64,000 nt of DNA, from assembly GCA_905178155.1 (NCBI GenBank), contig CAJINV010000003.1:8853226-8917225 (forward strand), in the 5' to 3' direction. The notes beneath the pieces are model-generated. The model was given only the letters and a program-made list of their open reading frames with translations. It was not told where the DNA came from and ran no database searches. Of the stretch, positions 13,745-26,700 are shown piece after piece. How positions within the stretch are numbered: the first letter of the stretch is position 1; every line of letters starts with the position of its first letter. This DNA is from Amoebophrya sp. A120 (taxonomy: Eukaryota > Protista > Dinoflagellata). A program made the translations under genes and the position numbers.

Positions 13745-14634
13745 CTGTTTAATAACATGGTCGGGCTCCGAATTTTTATACTTGATGCGCATTTGAGAAG
13801 CAACAGAAATACTGTTTTTCAATCGCAATGAGAATGATTTCTACATTTTGATTTTCTTTGATAACCGATAAATCTAAATAGCCGGAGGAGGAAGGGGATA
13901 TAGTGAGGCCATGGCCGCTTTTTTGCCGGGGCGTCCAAGTTCGTGTCGCGGCTGCTGCGATCAGGAAGCCCTTTTTTTGTAACTGCTCCGTCCTTGATGT
14001 GCCTACTGTTATTCATGATCTTTCCGCTATCATTCATGATCTTTCTGATATGCTGCTATTTCTGCTTTGACCCATCTGATGGGTCAAAGTAAGTGGTACA
14101 TCTACAGGCAACTATACCTGGCGTAAGCGGGGCCACTGCATTTCGGGCCGCTGCTGCTGGAGATTTTGAACCGCTTTGCGCGAGCGAATTCTGCAAGATC
14201 ATCATGAGGCTTTCGCGGGCGGCATCATCAGTTTCGGCGCTAGGATCCAGCAAGTTCATGCTGTTCAGAACTGCAGCACCGCTTCCGTCCACATCCCGAG
14301 CCCCGGTTTCGGCAAGCAGCTCCTCATCCCTATTGTCGTCATTGATAGAGACCAAGTCGTCCTCGTCCTCTTCTTCCTCGTCCAACGCGTGTGAAAGCAA
14401 AAAACTATCGCCAGTGTGTGTATTCATTCAATCCTGTGCCCATGACTTGCAAGGACGAGAGATGTTGCTTGCTCTAGAAATATGGCCCCATACCGACCCA
14501 TAGCAAGCAAAAGTGAAAGCATCAGCATGCAAGGAAAATTCATGCCAACTAAATAGTCAAGTACTTACAGGGAAGTACTGGTGCGTTTCTGAGAAGCGCT
14601 TTTTCATGTTTGTTGACTGTCATATGAATATTAT

Positions 14635-17600
14635 CTACTCGACGAATATAGTAGCGATGACATTTTTTGCGTTCGATACCGGTCGCTGCGGAAGGACGTG
14701 CGCCAGAAGCGAAGGATCCTCGAGCAACACACCTTTGTTTCTGCTCCCGTTCGACGCGGAAGCCAAAGGAAGATCCAGGTTAGAGGAATTCGAACTCCCG
14801 ATGCCTTGTTCCAGCTCGTCTCTGGCTCGGGCTTCTGCATCGTCCGCGCCCTCCTGCGCCTGGTCCTCTCCCATGTGGTCCACCATATCTATGATCGGAG
14901 GTGCAGTTGGATCAAATTCATCGTTCATCATCATCTGCAAGGACAAATAAGTTTCAAGGCCCGGAGCAGAGGGAGACGCTGTTCTTTGTTCCCTTTCCTC
15001 TTCATTTTCGCATTTATTTTCATGATCAGGGTTATTTAGGTTTGGCTTCATTAGAAGAGCATCCAGAAAATTCGAGTCCGCGGGGGCGACTTCGTTACGG
15101 TAGTCGCAGCTGGGGGGCCCGCCTTGATCTGGGCTGTAGCTGTACTGCTGCTGCTTAATGCAACTAGAATTACTGTAGTCCTCCTTGTTACTCCCGGTCG
15201 TGTCCCCTGCAGCTACTAGTCCTAATTGTTCGAAAAAAGCTGTTGTAGTAAGGTTCTCTTCATCTACTTCTACCACTTCCTTAGAACTAGAAGAGTTGTC
15301 ATCCGCTATAACAACTACATCAGAGGCCCCATCAGACTTTTTTTCATCGCGAGATGTTGTACGACTAGCAGCGCTCATCATATCCACATTGTCTTTGTCG
15401 TTGTTCGCTTTGTCGTTCTTCGTAATGCCTCCGATCGCAGGAGGGAGGCCCAATGAGTCTCTCGGGTGACAAGGGGCGTCCTTTTCTTCATCTGGATCTG
15501 CGCCTCGCAATTGCGCCTGTGTCGGGGTGGTCCTCGTTTCCGGAGAGCATTGCAACTTGCAGACAGGTTCTTGCTCTGGGTGCAGCCTAGTGCCCGCAAT
15601 CTGCGACTGCGGCTTCTGTTGCTCTGGCTGATGGTAGTCCTCCTGATCCTTGTGGTGTTTTGCGTAATATTCGAAGATGGTGCTCGTGATGCTCGTAGCT
15701 ACCTTGTTGCGCGCTTGCCCTTTTTGCCCCCGTTCGTCATCTACAGCTTTTGCACGAGAGTCGTGCTTGATAGAACAACTACCGAACAGCTCCGTCTCGT
15801 TTGCAGAACGTTTTTTCCAAAAATTCAACGCCGAAGCAAACGAAGCACTTCCGGCGTTTATTTCACCAGGTGTACTACTAGAGGAGGGCGCACCACTAGC
15901 TTCTACGCTACTAGGCCCTGGGCAGTTCATCTGCCGCGAGATGTACTGCTCACCACTCGACGTCGCGCACGCAGATCTTATTTCCTGCGTGGTTCTTTCA
16001 CCTCCTGTTTTCTGTGCTTCGCTTTCGAGCCACGACTGCGACGCGGCGTTGGAGGAAGTTCTTGTAGAGGCCGCGCACATCGGTTGCTGCTCGAGGACGG
16101 CCTTATCGTCAGCCGTGGCAGTTGTTGTAGACCCCAAAACGCCAGTACTTGCCGGAGGAGCTGCAGCACCAGTATGAACTCCTGCGGGTGTGGTCGTGGA
16201 GTATGCGTTCGCTTCTTCCTTGTTGTTTTCTGCTGCTTTAACTAGGTCCAGCGTCGACACCACCTCTTTGCCGCGTGTGGAGGATGTATCGTGCTGCCCG
16301 TTGATATCCTCCTCGACAACTTGCAGCTGGCGCAAATTGGACGTCGCAAGAATGGCTGGACTCTCGTCCATTCCTTGTTCGTGTACTTCTGTATTATCTG
16401 ATTCGCGGCCAACAATAACCTCATTGGACGCAGTAGGGGACACAGCTTGTTCAGGAAGAGTAACTACCTCGGTCCTTTGAGGCGACTGCGATTCGAGAGA
16501 AGAACACGGCGAAAATGCGACCGAAGGGGTCTCCTCGACCGCATCGTCAGCATCTTCAAGAAAAGTAACTTCTTCCGGTGGTCTAACGCCGTTGGCGAGG
16601 CCAGAGCAGTGCTGATCGTCACCCAAAACAAGTTCGTCGTCTTGGTCTTGGTTTCCCCCGTGCCGCGCCAACGCGTCGTCGGCTTCATCCGGGGGTAGAG
16701 CAGCGGCGCAGATTTCGTGGCTTGTTTGAGAAGAAATCGATTCCTCCATATTCTTCGTCTCGTGGCATGCGACTGCGGCTTGTGCTTGCTCTGCAGTTGT
16801 ACCAGTAAAGGAGAGGGCGTCGTGGTTAACCTCGTGTTGGTTTTTCAGTTCATCCTCCATGTTGTCAACTTGTTCCGCCGTCTGCTGCTCTAGCTCTACG
16901 GGTGGGCTCGGGCTCCCGAGAGCAGTGGATCCAGGTATAATTTGTCCTGGATCGCGATCGGAGCCAGAGGCCAAAATAAATGAGTTCTGTTTCATCCCCG
17001 CAGAAGTCCCTTCCGCAGTATCATCTCCCGACGACTTGCTTGCACAGGTTGTAACCAATGATGTTGATGTGGCCACAGCGGAAGTAGAAGTAGAACTCGA
17101 CGGTACTACAGGCACCGAGACTTGCTTTTCCTCCAATACCTCTTGTTCCATCTTGATCTCTTCTGGAAGTTCAGCATTCGAAGTGACGCCCTTTTGTGCA
17201 GCGGGTTCTTGGTCTTCTTGCGGCGCTTTGTTCGCACAGTCCGCAGCGGCCGCGAAGACGTCCGGCTCACTGCAATGCTGTTCCGACTGCTGGCGCTGAA
17301 TGTTCGCGGGTTCATCCTGCGGTGAGGACGTTTTGCTGGCAGTGGCAATGTCGTCGGCGTCAAGATCATTCGCATCAACTGCGCCGGCATTCGCCTCCTC
17401 CTCCTCGTCTGCTTTCTCGGCAGTTTTTGATATCGCTCGGACTGCAAGCGGACCTTCGATTTCTTCCTCCGCCGGGGATGGAGGCTTACATTGGAAATAA
17501 TCGCGGGTAAGGGGAATCAAAGGCGCAACACGACCCGCACGCCGAACTGTGCTCGCGGTTGATTTTGTCTTCGTCGGCGCAGGCGCTTCCGCTTCAGAGA

Positions 17601-17781
17601 CTCCGTCGTGGTACTCATTATGCGTAGTTGTTTTCAACGACTTGGGTTCCTGGTGGTCAGCCTCTTCTTCAGATGCTTGCAGCTGCCCACTTGCCTCCAT
17701 TGGTGAACACGCCTGCTGCTCGACTATCAAATAAAAACATGACTGGGCATGGACGAATGCAGATGTTATTTGTGAAAACAC
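14635..17781 (-). CDS. Long acidic low-complexity exon (~1000 aa), unknown function
   Basis: Uninterrupted 1048-codon ORF, E/S/A/T-rich; the ends probably run into introns. Confidence 0.7.
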   Translation of the reverse strand: MFSQITSAFVHAQSCFYLIVEQQACSPMEASGQLQASEEEADHQEPKSLKTTTHNEYHDGVSEAEAPAPTKTKSTASTVRRAGRVAPLIPLTRDYFQCKPPSPAEEEIEGPLAVRAISKTAEKADEEEEANAGAVDANDLDADDIATASKTSSPQDEPANIQRQQSEQHCSEPDVFAAAADCANKAPQEDQEPAAQKGVTSNAELPEEIKMEQEVLEEKQVSVPVVPSSSTSTSAVATSTSLVTTCASKSSGDDTAEGTSAGMKQNSFILASGSDRDPGQIIPGSTALGSPSPPVELEQQTAEQVDNMEDELKNQHEVNHDALSFTGTTAEQAQAAVACHETKNMEESISSQTSHEICAAALPPDEADDALARHGGNQDQDDELVLGDDQHCSGLANGVRPPEEVTFLEDADDAVEETPSVAFSPCSSLESQSPQRTEVVTLPEQAVSPTASNEVIVGRESDNTEVHEQGMDESPAILATSNLRQLQVVEEDINGQHDTSSTRGKEVVSTLDLVKAAENNKEEANAYSTTTPAGVHTGAAAPPASTGVLGSTTTATADDKAVLEQQPMCAASTRTSSNAASQSWLESEAQKTGGERTTQEIRSACATSSGEQYISRQMNCPGPSSVEASGAPSSSSTPGEINAGSASFASALNFWKKRSANETELFGSCSIKHDSRAKAVDDERGQKGQARNKVATSITSTIFEYYAKHHKDQEDYHQPEQQKPQSQIAGTRLHPEQEPVCKLQCSPETRTTPTQAQLRGADPDEEKDAPCHPRDSLGLPPAIGGITKNDKANNDKDNVDMMSAASRTTSRDEKKSDGASDVVVIADDNSSSSKEVVEVDEENLTTTAFFEQLGLVAAGDTTGSNKEDYSNSSCIKQQQYSYSPDQGGPPSCDYRNEVAPADSNFLDALLMKPNLNNPDHENKCENEEEREQRTASPSAPGLETYLSLQMMMNDEFDPTAPPIIDMVDHMGEDQAQEGADDAEARARDELEQGIGSSNSSNLDLPLASASNGSRNKGVLLEDPSLLAHVLPQRPVSNAKNVIATIFVE

Positions 17782-17979
17782 GGTAATTTAAATTTTAATT
17801 CTTGGATATCTATAGAGCGACGCATCCATGAAAAAAACTGCCCTTTGTCCCGTCTCTCCGTCTCTTGTAGCCAAAAATCGCACATCTTGCGCTGACCATC
17901 ATCATCATCGCGTAAAGATAATTCTATATACCATTTTGATTTTCGTTTCTGCCCAGTACTTTTTATTTTAGAATCAGCA

Positions 17980-20900
17980 TCAGAATTGTGCATCCTTCCA
18001 GATCCAGTCTAAGACAAGATATTCACAATGCATATTCTTGCCGTCATGTAGTTGCGGTGCGGCAGGCTCGTGCGTAGGACTTTCCCGAGCGCTACTGAGA
18101 ACGAGCGGAATGAGACGCCGCTTGCTGTATAGGCGCCCCCGGCTTCTATGAGACCTCACGGGTCCTCTCCCTCCTGACACTAGCGCCTTCTCGTCCACGT
18201 TGCCGCCTCCCACTTTGTCCTCCCCTGCCCCCGTAGCGTGATTCGTGGTATGATCTTCAGCTGCTTCTCCCGACGGGGACGTGTTCAACTCCGCACATTT
18301 TTCAACATGATTACTGGCTTGTTTTTCTTCGTTTGCGGAAGCTCGCTCCAAGCGCCGCGTGTTCTCTTTCACCTTGCCGGCCTCGATCTCCTCGGCTCTT
18401 TTGTGGAAGTAATATAGCGCTGCTCTCTTTTTCAGTTCGTCGCGGCTGCTGGAAACCACACCAGCGGTCTCTGCTTGTTTTGGGAGTGAGGACGTCGCAG
18501 CGGCGGCTGTAGTTTGTCCCGCAGCAACTACAGGACGGGAGGTAGAAGTGGCATTTTTTTCATCCTCCACAAGATGCGACTTTTTCGACAATAGTACGGG
18601 GACAACGCGGCGCTTGCTGGGAGACCTCCTGGTGATCCTGTGTAGTAGAGCAGGCGGATCATCTCGCTCATTCCTTCGGCGATCATGTTGGGAGGAGGCC
18701 AAGCCCAGAGCCAGCTCGCCGCGCTGAAGCTGATTACGTTTACTCCTACTGCGGCTCCGGCGGTCTGCTCGTTCGCCACGCAATGGCGACGCGGACGCAC
18801 CAGCAGCGCTCACCGCACGATCCCTCATCAGCTGATTGGGGAACTGCAGCCTGTCGCGGCACGACACTGAATCTGCAGAGCGAAGCAGAGGCGGATGGTC
18901 TTGCGGTACTCGACGCTGCTCTGGTTGCTCATCTCGTCTTCTACTAGGAGCAAACGCGCGAACTCGAGGCCGAGGAGGCGAAGCGGCGACTACATTCGTC
19001 CTCCGCAATGTGCTTCTTTTCCTGCTAGTCCGTGTGCGGCTCCTACTCCTTCGACCTTTCTGCTGGTTCAACGTGACGAAATTATTACGAGGACCTCTCA
19101 GCACTGAACTCGAAGCATGCCTTTTCGCACGAGCACTGTCCCTATGGCTACTTCGCTTCCGCGTTGAGCTCCTTTCGATACGACTCTGAGTTCGCCGTGG
19201 TGGATTTTTTGCTGATCCGCTATCTTGGTGTGCTTGCTCGGTGACGCCACGGCATCGGTCAACATGTTGAGGCCTGCTTATTATGCGCTGTGAACTTGAT
19301 CCACGGGAAGGAGGCAACGCGTCCCGGTCACGATCCCGCGCAAGTCGTCGCAGGTCCGAAAACAACGCGCCAGCCAAGGAAGTGGGTGGAGGTGCGGAGG
19401 GTTCCTTGCGGCGAGACAAAGCAGGTTTTTCGTTTTTCGTGGGAGACGATCTTCCTGGATGGCCGATGTTTACATCCTGTGCCTGTCGTGGTTTCCGCCT
19501 GTCATGATCTTCATCTTCGGGCTTGCTTACAACGAACTTGAGGCTTGCTGATGAACTACTTGATACGCTTTCGCTTTCACTTTCATCTTCGACCGCCGAG
19601 CATGCTCCTAGCCACTCGGTCGGAGCTGGGCCGACACGGATTTTGCTAGGGGCTCTGGGTCTTGTTGTCGCCATCAATTTTACGGAACCAGATGCAGAGC
19701 TAGCAGCTCGCTGCTCTTGGTCGCATGTACTGTCCTTGGCCGCAGTACTTGCTGATCTTTCTGGCGCTGCGTGCTGCTGGTGCAGCCCTCGATCTGTAGT
19801 ACCTCCCGGCATGGCAACGTGCAGGGGGTCATTTGCGTTGCCTGCAAATCTACTTTTCGGTCGTGGCTCAGTTGTCGAGTGAAATTCGAATCGGGCCGTG
19901 CTCTCGCCGGGACAACGTTGCACCAGTCGCACTTTGCTGGGTTCTCGTAATGTTCTTGTCACTCCTGTCGTCGTACTTTCAGAAGTATATCGTGTCGTCA
20001 TAGCTTTTGTCTTCTTGCCTACTTCATCATCTAGCGCTTTTTCCTGAACTGCGCTCGGACCACGCCAGTCGCTCGGTGCCGGACCGGTGTTGCGAGCGGA
20101 ACAAGGGTGCAAGCTGCTCGCCGCCTTCGTTTGCTCCCTCTGACAAGTGGATGGCGATGGACATGGACGAGTTGCGCCACTATAATGCGCTGCAAGTACT
20201 TCCTGTTGCGAAAGCGGTTTTGGACACAACTGCCGGCCTGAAGGTGGACAAGAAACCACGGCGGAAGAAGGGCGGACAGTGCCGGTAGTTGTTGTTCTGG
20301 CACGTTCGCCTTCGGCCCTGCTGCTTTTGTTCGTTGTGTCATTTACAGAGACTTGCGCTCTGCTTTCCCGCACTGCTGCGGCTTTTGAGAAAGCGCCATC
20401 TTTAAGAGGAGTAGGAGCTTTCGAGACGCTGCCAGATGAAGCTTTCGAAAAACATGTCGGTTCGGTCACAGAAATCGCTTTTGGAGCCGCGGGCACAGCC
20501 CCAACACGAACAGCCACGGGCACGAGGTGGACGTTACTCGAATTATTAAACGTCGGCGCAGGCCCTACCGCACCACCTGCACTCGCACTGGTCGTAAACG
20601 ACGGGGCTTGAAGATGTGCTACGGTCGTCTCCTCTGTTTCTTGGCCAGCCGATGCAGTCGCAGTGAAACGGCCTCGGCCTTCCTCTTTGTGCGATGTGCA
20701 TTCGTCCGGAACCCCCCGTTTCGGCGAAGTGGCTGCGCCCATCGACTTGGATTCGCCGGAAGTGGCTGCGCCCATCGACTTGGATTCGCCCTTGGGCGAA
20801 GGTGAAGATTCTGTGGCAGCCACGGGCTTACGTTCAGCCAGAACATCATGCAGTACCGGTTGTCGTGGTCTATCTACACCTGCTCCGCACGGCTCGTGCT

Positions 20901-22661
20901 CGTCCACCACGTCCTCCGACACCCTGCTAGTATATGTATCTGCGCTGCTGTAGGTCTTCACCCGCCCCGTTCCTCCGATTCCGAATTTGAGAGCGCGGAG
21001 ATGAGTCTTCGAGGCCTGGGATGAAGATACGTTCTTGCATGATACGAGCTTAAGGACCTCTTCTGCTCCTGTACTATGGCTCCTCGTCACTTCATCTGTG
21101 CTGGGCGGTGCCTCTGCGCCCGAAAACAACGTAGTTGTCTGATTGTTCAGGCGATTGGTTTTGGTCTTCTCGTCGAGTAAAGTGGTAGGCGCCGCCCCGT
21201 TGCTACCTGTGCTAACAGGCGTACTCAGGGGCAGGGGAAGTAGAAAGGGACGACTGGTGTCCTCGTCCTCGTCGTTGTTCTGCTGCAATTTTTCGAGCGC
21301 CAGCTCATCCATCGCCTGCAGATTTAGAAGCTCGACTTTTTCGTCTTGGTCTTGTTTCTTAAGCGCCGAAGCCGATGTTGATGTAGGTGTTATATTATCC
21401 ACTGCCTGTTCATGATCTTCATCGTCTTTTTTATCCTTAATATCCTTCGGCTTTGCTTGTTCTCTTCTTGCAGGAGCTGCAACAGATTTATTTTCGTGAC
21501 AGCACTCACCTTCTTCTTCATTTTCGTGCGGCTTCAGCGAAGCCTCACACTGTTCGTGTTCCCGTTTTTCAGACGCATTCTGCTGCTCGTGCTGGGACTC
21601 TTTCTCTTTCCGCACATCAACATCGAGCTGGTCGTCACCAGCATAGGTCCGCAGCTGCTTCATATCTGGCTGCGCTCCTAGTCCCACACCAACAGCAAGC
21701 GGCTCCGCCTTCCGCGTCGTATTCAACCCGACCTCCGATGTGGGCTTTTTTTCACCTACAACTGAAGGCTGCGACGTAGGCTTTTGCCCTTCTGGCACAT
21801 GATTGTTCGGAAGAAGAACTACGCTCGTGGTCGTGGCATCGAAGGCAAATATGTTTTGGCCTGTAAACTTGTGACACAAGTGTGTGAGTAATAAGCATCT
21901 CCCTGCAATAGGTGGCCAAGCATGACAAGTTTTTGAGCTTCTGCGTGTTGCGTATTCCGCATGGCGGGCTTCATTTTTGCATCATGACAGGCAAGGAGAT
22001 TATTTCGTGCCTACGCATCACACAGGTAAAAAAAAAATCATGCCAGACAAGCATGAGAAATCATGCTCTCTACTTCCAGACCCAAATATATTTGCACTGC
22101 ATAAGCACCGGTGGAAGACGATGACGTCGAGAAGCGACTGACGTCGACGTACATAGATTTCTGCCTGTTCCCCTTTTTCCCAGTTGATCCGCACGACGAG
22201 CTTGACGAAGTACTTCTTTTCAAGTGTGGTTTTCCTTTCATGTTGTAGCTGTCGTTGCTCTTGCTGTTGCCCTCGCCCTTGGACCAGCAGGATTTTTTTT
22301 GGATTCTTCCGTGCTGGTGTCCGTCGTCGTACCACATGAAATTCTTTCCAGCAACGACACCGAATGCCGAATGTGCCAAATTGCTGCTGCTTTTGCCTGC
22401 TGGAAGGTAACTATTTTGTAGCTCTTGCTGAGCGCGCTGATATTGATCGTACCCTGTTTCGCGATCCCATTCGGACATAAAAGTAGCGTCATCAATCTGA
22501 ACATCTGGCCCGGTCATAACTTCTTGGTTAGATCCTGTATGTCGGTTCCAGGGCGCAGGATCATTTCCGGTGACGGGACCACAAGTGCGAGCGGGAACGC
22601 CTGCCGACTTCCCTTTCTCATTCTGGGTGGAGGTCGCCGACATGTTTATTGAAGAGCTCAA
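17980..22661 (-). CDS. Long low-complexity, RS-rich protein exons (22661-22108 joined to 21838-~18000)
   Basis: 1299-codon ORF with RSRSR tracts. It joins in frame to the 22038-22661 ORF (STGA-TTTSVV) once the 269-bp TIR element is removed. Confidence 0.7.
21836..22107 (-). mobile_element. Introner-like element, family A (~269 bp)
   Basis: Degenerate TIR gcaaatatgttttggcc / cagacccaaatatatttgc, similar to the 32159-32429 element; 3-bp direct repeat; internal gcatgacaag; excision restores frame. Confidence 0.65.
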
Positions 22662-23755
22662 TCACGGCCAGAGGTCCTCCGTCGCTAGCTTCGTGAAAAT
22701 CACCGATGGATGTTACCAGCGTACGCCTTGGCTGGTGTTCTGTTGCTAGCGTACGCGGATATTGCCAGCGTATGCTTTGGCTGGTGTTCGTGTTGATGAT
22801 CCACCTGGCGCTGCTGTGGGCTGCCGATTCGGTCTCGTGGGAGCGTTCTATCTTTTGCTTTTCCCATGCAGATGAAAATTACTCTGCCCGCGCCCTCCTT
22901 GTTTTTCAGCCCGAAATAAGATTGCCATCACCGAAGCCTCGAGCGCCGAAAGCTGCGAAGTAAACTATAAACGCGAATGAATCAATATACAGAAAATAGA
23001 AATACTTAATGCGGTCCTGGGTTATCATCTGTAAAGATGTGTGTGAGAGCCGAGCTGTAGCTGTACACTAAGCGCTAAGAGCGCAATAGCGACAAGCTAC
23101 TTGTATCTGTAAAAAAGCGACTAGTAATTATCTACTTCAGGGTAGTTGTAAGCACTCTAATCACATTCGATTCGTACTCAAAAAAATATCTAGTTTTAGG
23201 GGGTACAACATAACAAGAAAAGAGATATTTCTGGCCAATCAACGCCATCAGTCAACGCCCACATCGAAACAACGCCAGCGTAAAGCGCTACAACTACAAG
23301 TGCAGTCCACGAGTATGATGCTGTAAGTTGTTTAGGCGGGGCAGCTGGTTTGTGTTTTTCTTTGTCTGCTTGATGGGTCTAATATTTCTCCCACTTTCTG
23401 GATCAACGTATTGAAATGCAGGATGGTTCTCCACCTCCAATCCCGTCTTGATAAGGAGCTCGTCCTGCAATCAAAGATGCTATAAAACACGGGGACGGCG
23501 GCCACTAAAAGAAGGGTATCGGTATTATATATATTTTTTTTTGCCAGCCGATAGAGTTATGATGAGGGATATTTGGGGTTATGTCGAAAATACAAATCCA
23601 AGAACTACAGCAGTCTACTGCTCGTACTCTAACTCTACCAAATAAATGTGTCGTCATTGATGTTCGTAGCCTGGAAGAGAGATTGGATGAGTTAAAAAGG
23701 CATGAATTACATCTTCACGTATGAACATGATGCAGCAGAATTACGTCGATAAGCA

Positions 23756-26700
23756 GTACCTGGTGGCTTCGTGGGATCGAAAACTTCTGGCGGAGCTGTG
23801 GGATCACTTTTCACCCCTTCCGGAGGCGCCCCCGGGGCTTGCCGCCGGCGCCTTCCGGGTGTTGCGTTTTCTGTCCGGCCGCCGCCTTGCCGGCCGCGCG
23901 GGGTCCGGCAAGCTTGCGCGGCCGCGAAAGCATACCCCGGAGGGGGCCCTCGTGGAGTCGGCCAACATTTTGCCAAGAGGCGGCGGGCCCCCTTCTGGTT
24001 GTGTGGAGGATCGCCCCGGCCCCCCAAGCCACACCCCACGCCCCGAGGCTTGGCGGAGCTGCGCTCGTGGCGCGTCTGAAAGGGAGCGGGCGCTGTGCCC
24101 CCTGCGTGCAAGGGCCTCTCAGGGGCGCGTGCTCTAGCGCGCCCGGCATTGGGGCCAAAGGGCAAGGAACGCAATGCGCCCAATGCCGTTACGGGCCAAC
24201 GACCTGCCTCGTAATTTCGCGAACCCCCCGCCCGGGCCCAGACGAATGACAGGGCCCCGGACGAAGTGGGCCCGTCGGGCCTTTTTCTTCCCCGCAATGC
24301 CAACACCACGCCGGAGGGGGGGCGCCGCCGCCATTTCTGCACAGCGGCAAGGCGGGCGGGCAACGTCCGGCCGGCGCGATCGGGCAGGCCACTAATGGGC
24401 CGCCACCGCTCGCGCGCCGCGCTGGCCCGTCTAGGGCCTTGGGGCACGCACTTGGCCCCGCCTGTCCGCCGGCGCAAAGAAACAAAATCCGCGAGGCGCA
24501 ACAGAAGGCACGAAGGCGCGCGCCCGCCCTTTCCCTGCGTTGGCGAGGGCGGGGGCTTGGCGGCCCCGGCGCGTATCTTTGGCGGCGCCGGCCTTGTTGC
24601 GGGGCCTACCGCCCTCTCCCGTGCTTTGCTTGAGGCTGTTGGCCTACCATCCTGCCGGGCGAGGGTGTGGCGGCCTCACCTCTTGGCGCGCGACCGGGGT
24701 GCCGGCTTGCGCGAGATCTGCCGCAGCCGGCGGCGCCGTGGTGACTGAACTCGCACAGGCGCCGCGCTTGCAATTGGCCGCGGGCTCACAGAGTGTGCCT
24801 ATGCGCTCGCGCACAGGAGGGGCACATCGGCAAAGCCTTCGCCACGGAGGCGAGCGCGCCGAATCGGTGGGAAACCAAAAACGCGGCCCAATGTTGCGCG
24901 GCCTCGTCGGGATTTTCCCAACTTGTGCCCGGCCTCTATTTGCTCTAAGTGTGCCCGTGGGGTGGGGCATGCGCATCACCAACACACAGGGGCGCGCCCC
25001 TCGGTGCATTTTGGGAGGCCGCGGCGTCTCGCTAACAGCGAATGCCACGCGGCGGGCCCTCGACGAAGTGGCTCCCGGAGGAGCTTGACGTGGCCAGCCA
25101 CCAAGCTGACAGACAAAGGCCCTGTAGGAATGGGACGCGATGTCTTCGAGTGTCGCCCAAGTGCTCGGAACCCCACTCGGGATGCGAAAAAAAACGCATA
25201 TCAAAATTCTCAGCGTACTTGAAAAAAGCGTCGTTGACGCCGCCATACAGTACCTGGTGGCTTCGTGGGATCGAAAACTTCTGGCGGAGCTGTGGGATCG
25301 AAAGGTACCTCCGCACTAGGGTGTCGAAAGGTGCCAAAGTCTCTCCGCAGCGACCAGTCGTCGCTTCTGAGTGATATTGCCACCCATGATAGAGCAAGCT
25401 CCCCACAGAATCGGCTTCCTGGCCTCCCTCCGACCTAGAGCAGACGCGGCGGCCGCGGCCCTCTAGCGTCTACGCTTGCCGTCTGGCGCACGGGTGTCGG
25501 ACTGACTCCCCGGCTGCGCTGTGCGCTACTTGTGCTGAGAGTGAGGGCCACTCAGCCTGTCCACGCTGCGCCTCAACCAGAAGCACGCAATACATTTTCT
25601 CCCGAACCGCGCGCGTGCGCGAGGATTCACGGACAAGCGACCCCGGTCTCAGCCGTCGCGAGTACGTGGGAGCCGACCCTTGTCGGCCGAAGCGGCTGCG
25701 TCGCAGCTATGTAGATTTTCTGGGCGTTACGCCTCGCGCAGTGATCTGCGCTTGCACACTTCGTGCTCGGTCCCCAGTCGAGGATCTGCACTCGCTCCTC
25801 AGCTCGGAAAGCGGATGCAAGCTGGCCGCGGCAGTACCCGCCAGCACTTGGCTTTTCAAACTTACTACTGCGCTCCTCTGGCTCTGTTCCGCGCTTGCTG
25901 AAGACGTCAAGAGGAAGAAGCGCAAACTTCGATCGCGCGATCGAGTCGGGCGGCGTTTAGCCGAGACGGGGCACTTGCCCATTTTTTTAGCCAAGCAGAT
26001 ACACCGGGGGCATTGAGGATGAGGGGCCCGGCCCTCGCATACCTATCAAATTACCTACCCTTATCTTCTCTCTGCCTGGACTCACAGGCTCGCCAGCGGT
26101 TCGAAGATAGTGAACATTTATTTTTTCATCTTCTATCTAGCGGATACTTGTTTTACATGTCAACCACGTACAGGCGGAGCTTCTGGAGGCTAGTTATGTC
26201 GATAAGCCGTACCTGGTGGCTTCGTGGGATCGAAAACTTCTGGCGGAGCTGTGGGATCGAAAGGTACCTGAGGGGGTCCTCAGACCCCCCCTCTATACTA
26301 ACGCCCAACAAGACCTAGGTTTTTTGCAGTCCCCACGCTATGGTCCACCCAAGGGGGGTCCCGAGACCCCCACCAATAACCCCCCTGGATGGGCCGGAAG
26401 CTTTTGCCGTGTCTTTCGAATTCGCAGAAAACAGAGCGGCGGCCCTTCAAAGAAAGCACACCCCAGAGCATCCGGAAGAGCGCGAGAGCGTGGCGCCCGG
26501 ACTGCAGACCGATACCCATTCCAAGCTTCGCCCAGGTGGCTTTTTTGCATGCGCCGCTGCCCCGGTCAAGGGCTTGGTGCGTGTGAATCCTTTCCCGGAA
26601 GCGTAACTGCTTCCAACTAAAGGACGGCCTTACGTACGGTACCTGCATGAAGGCGGCGGAGTTTGTCTACCGGCCTGGTCCGTCGGGCCCCGGGCCTGGC

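Noticed and set aside
14635-21879. Reassigned stop codons as reported for one Amoebophrya isolate
   Set aside because: ORFs of over 1000 codons rich in Gln contain no TAA/TAG/TGA, consistent with the standard code.
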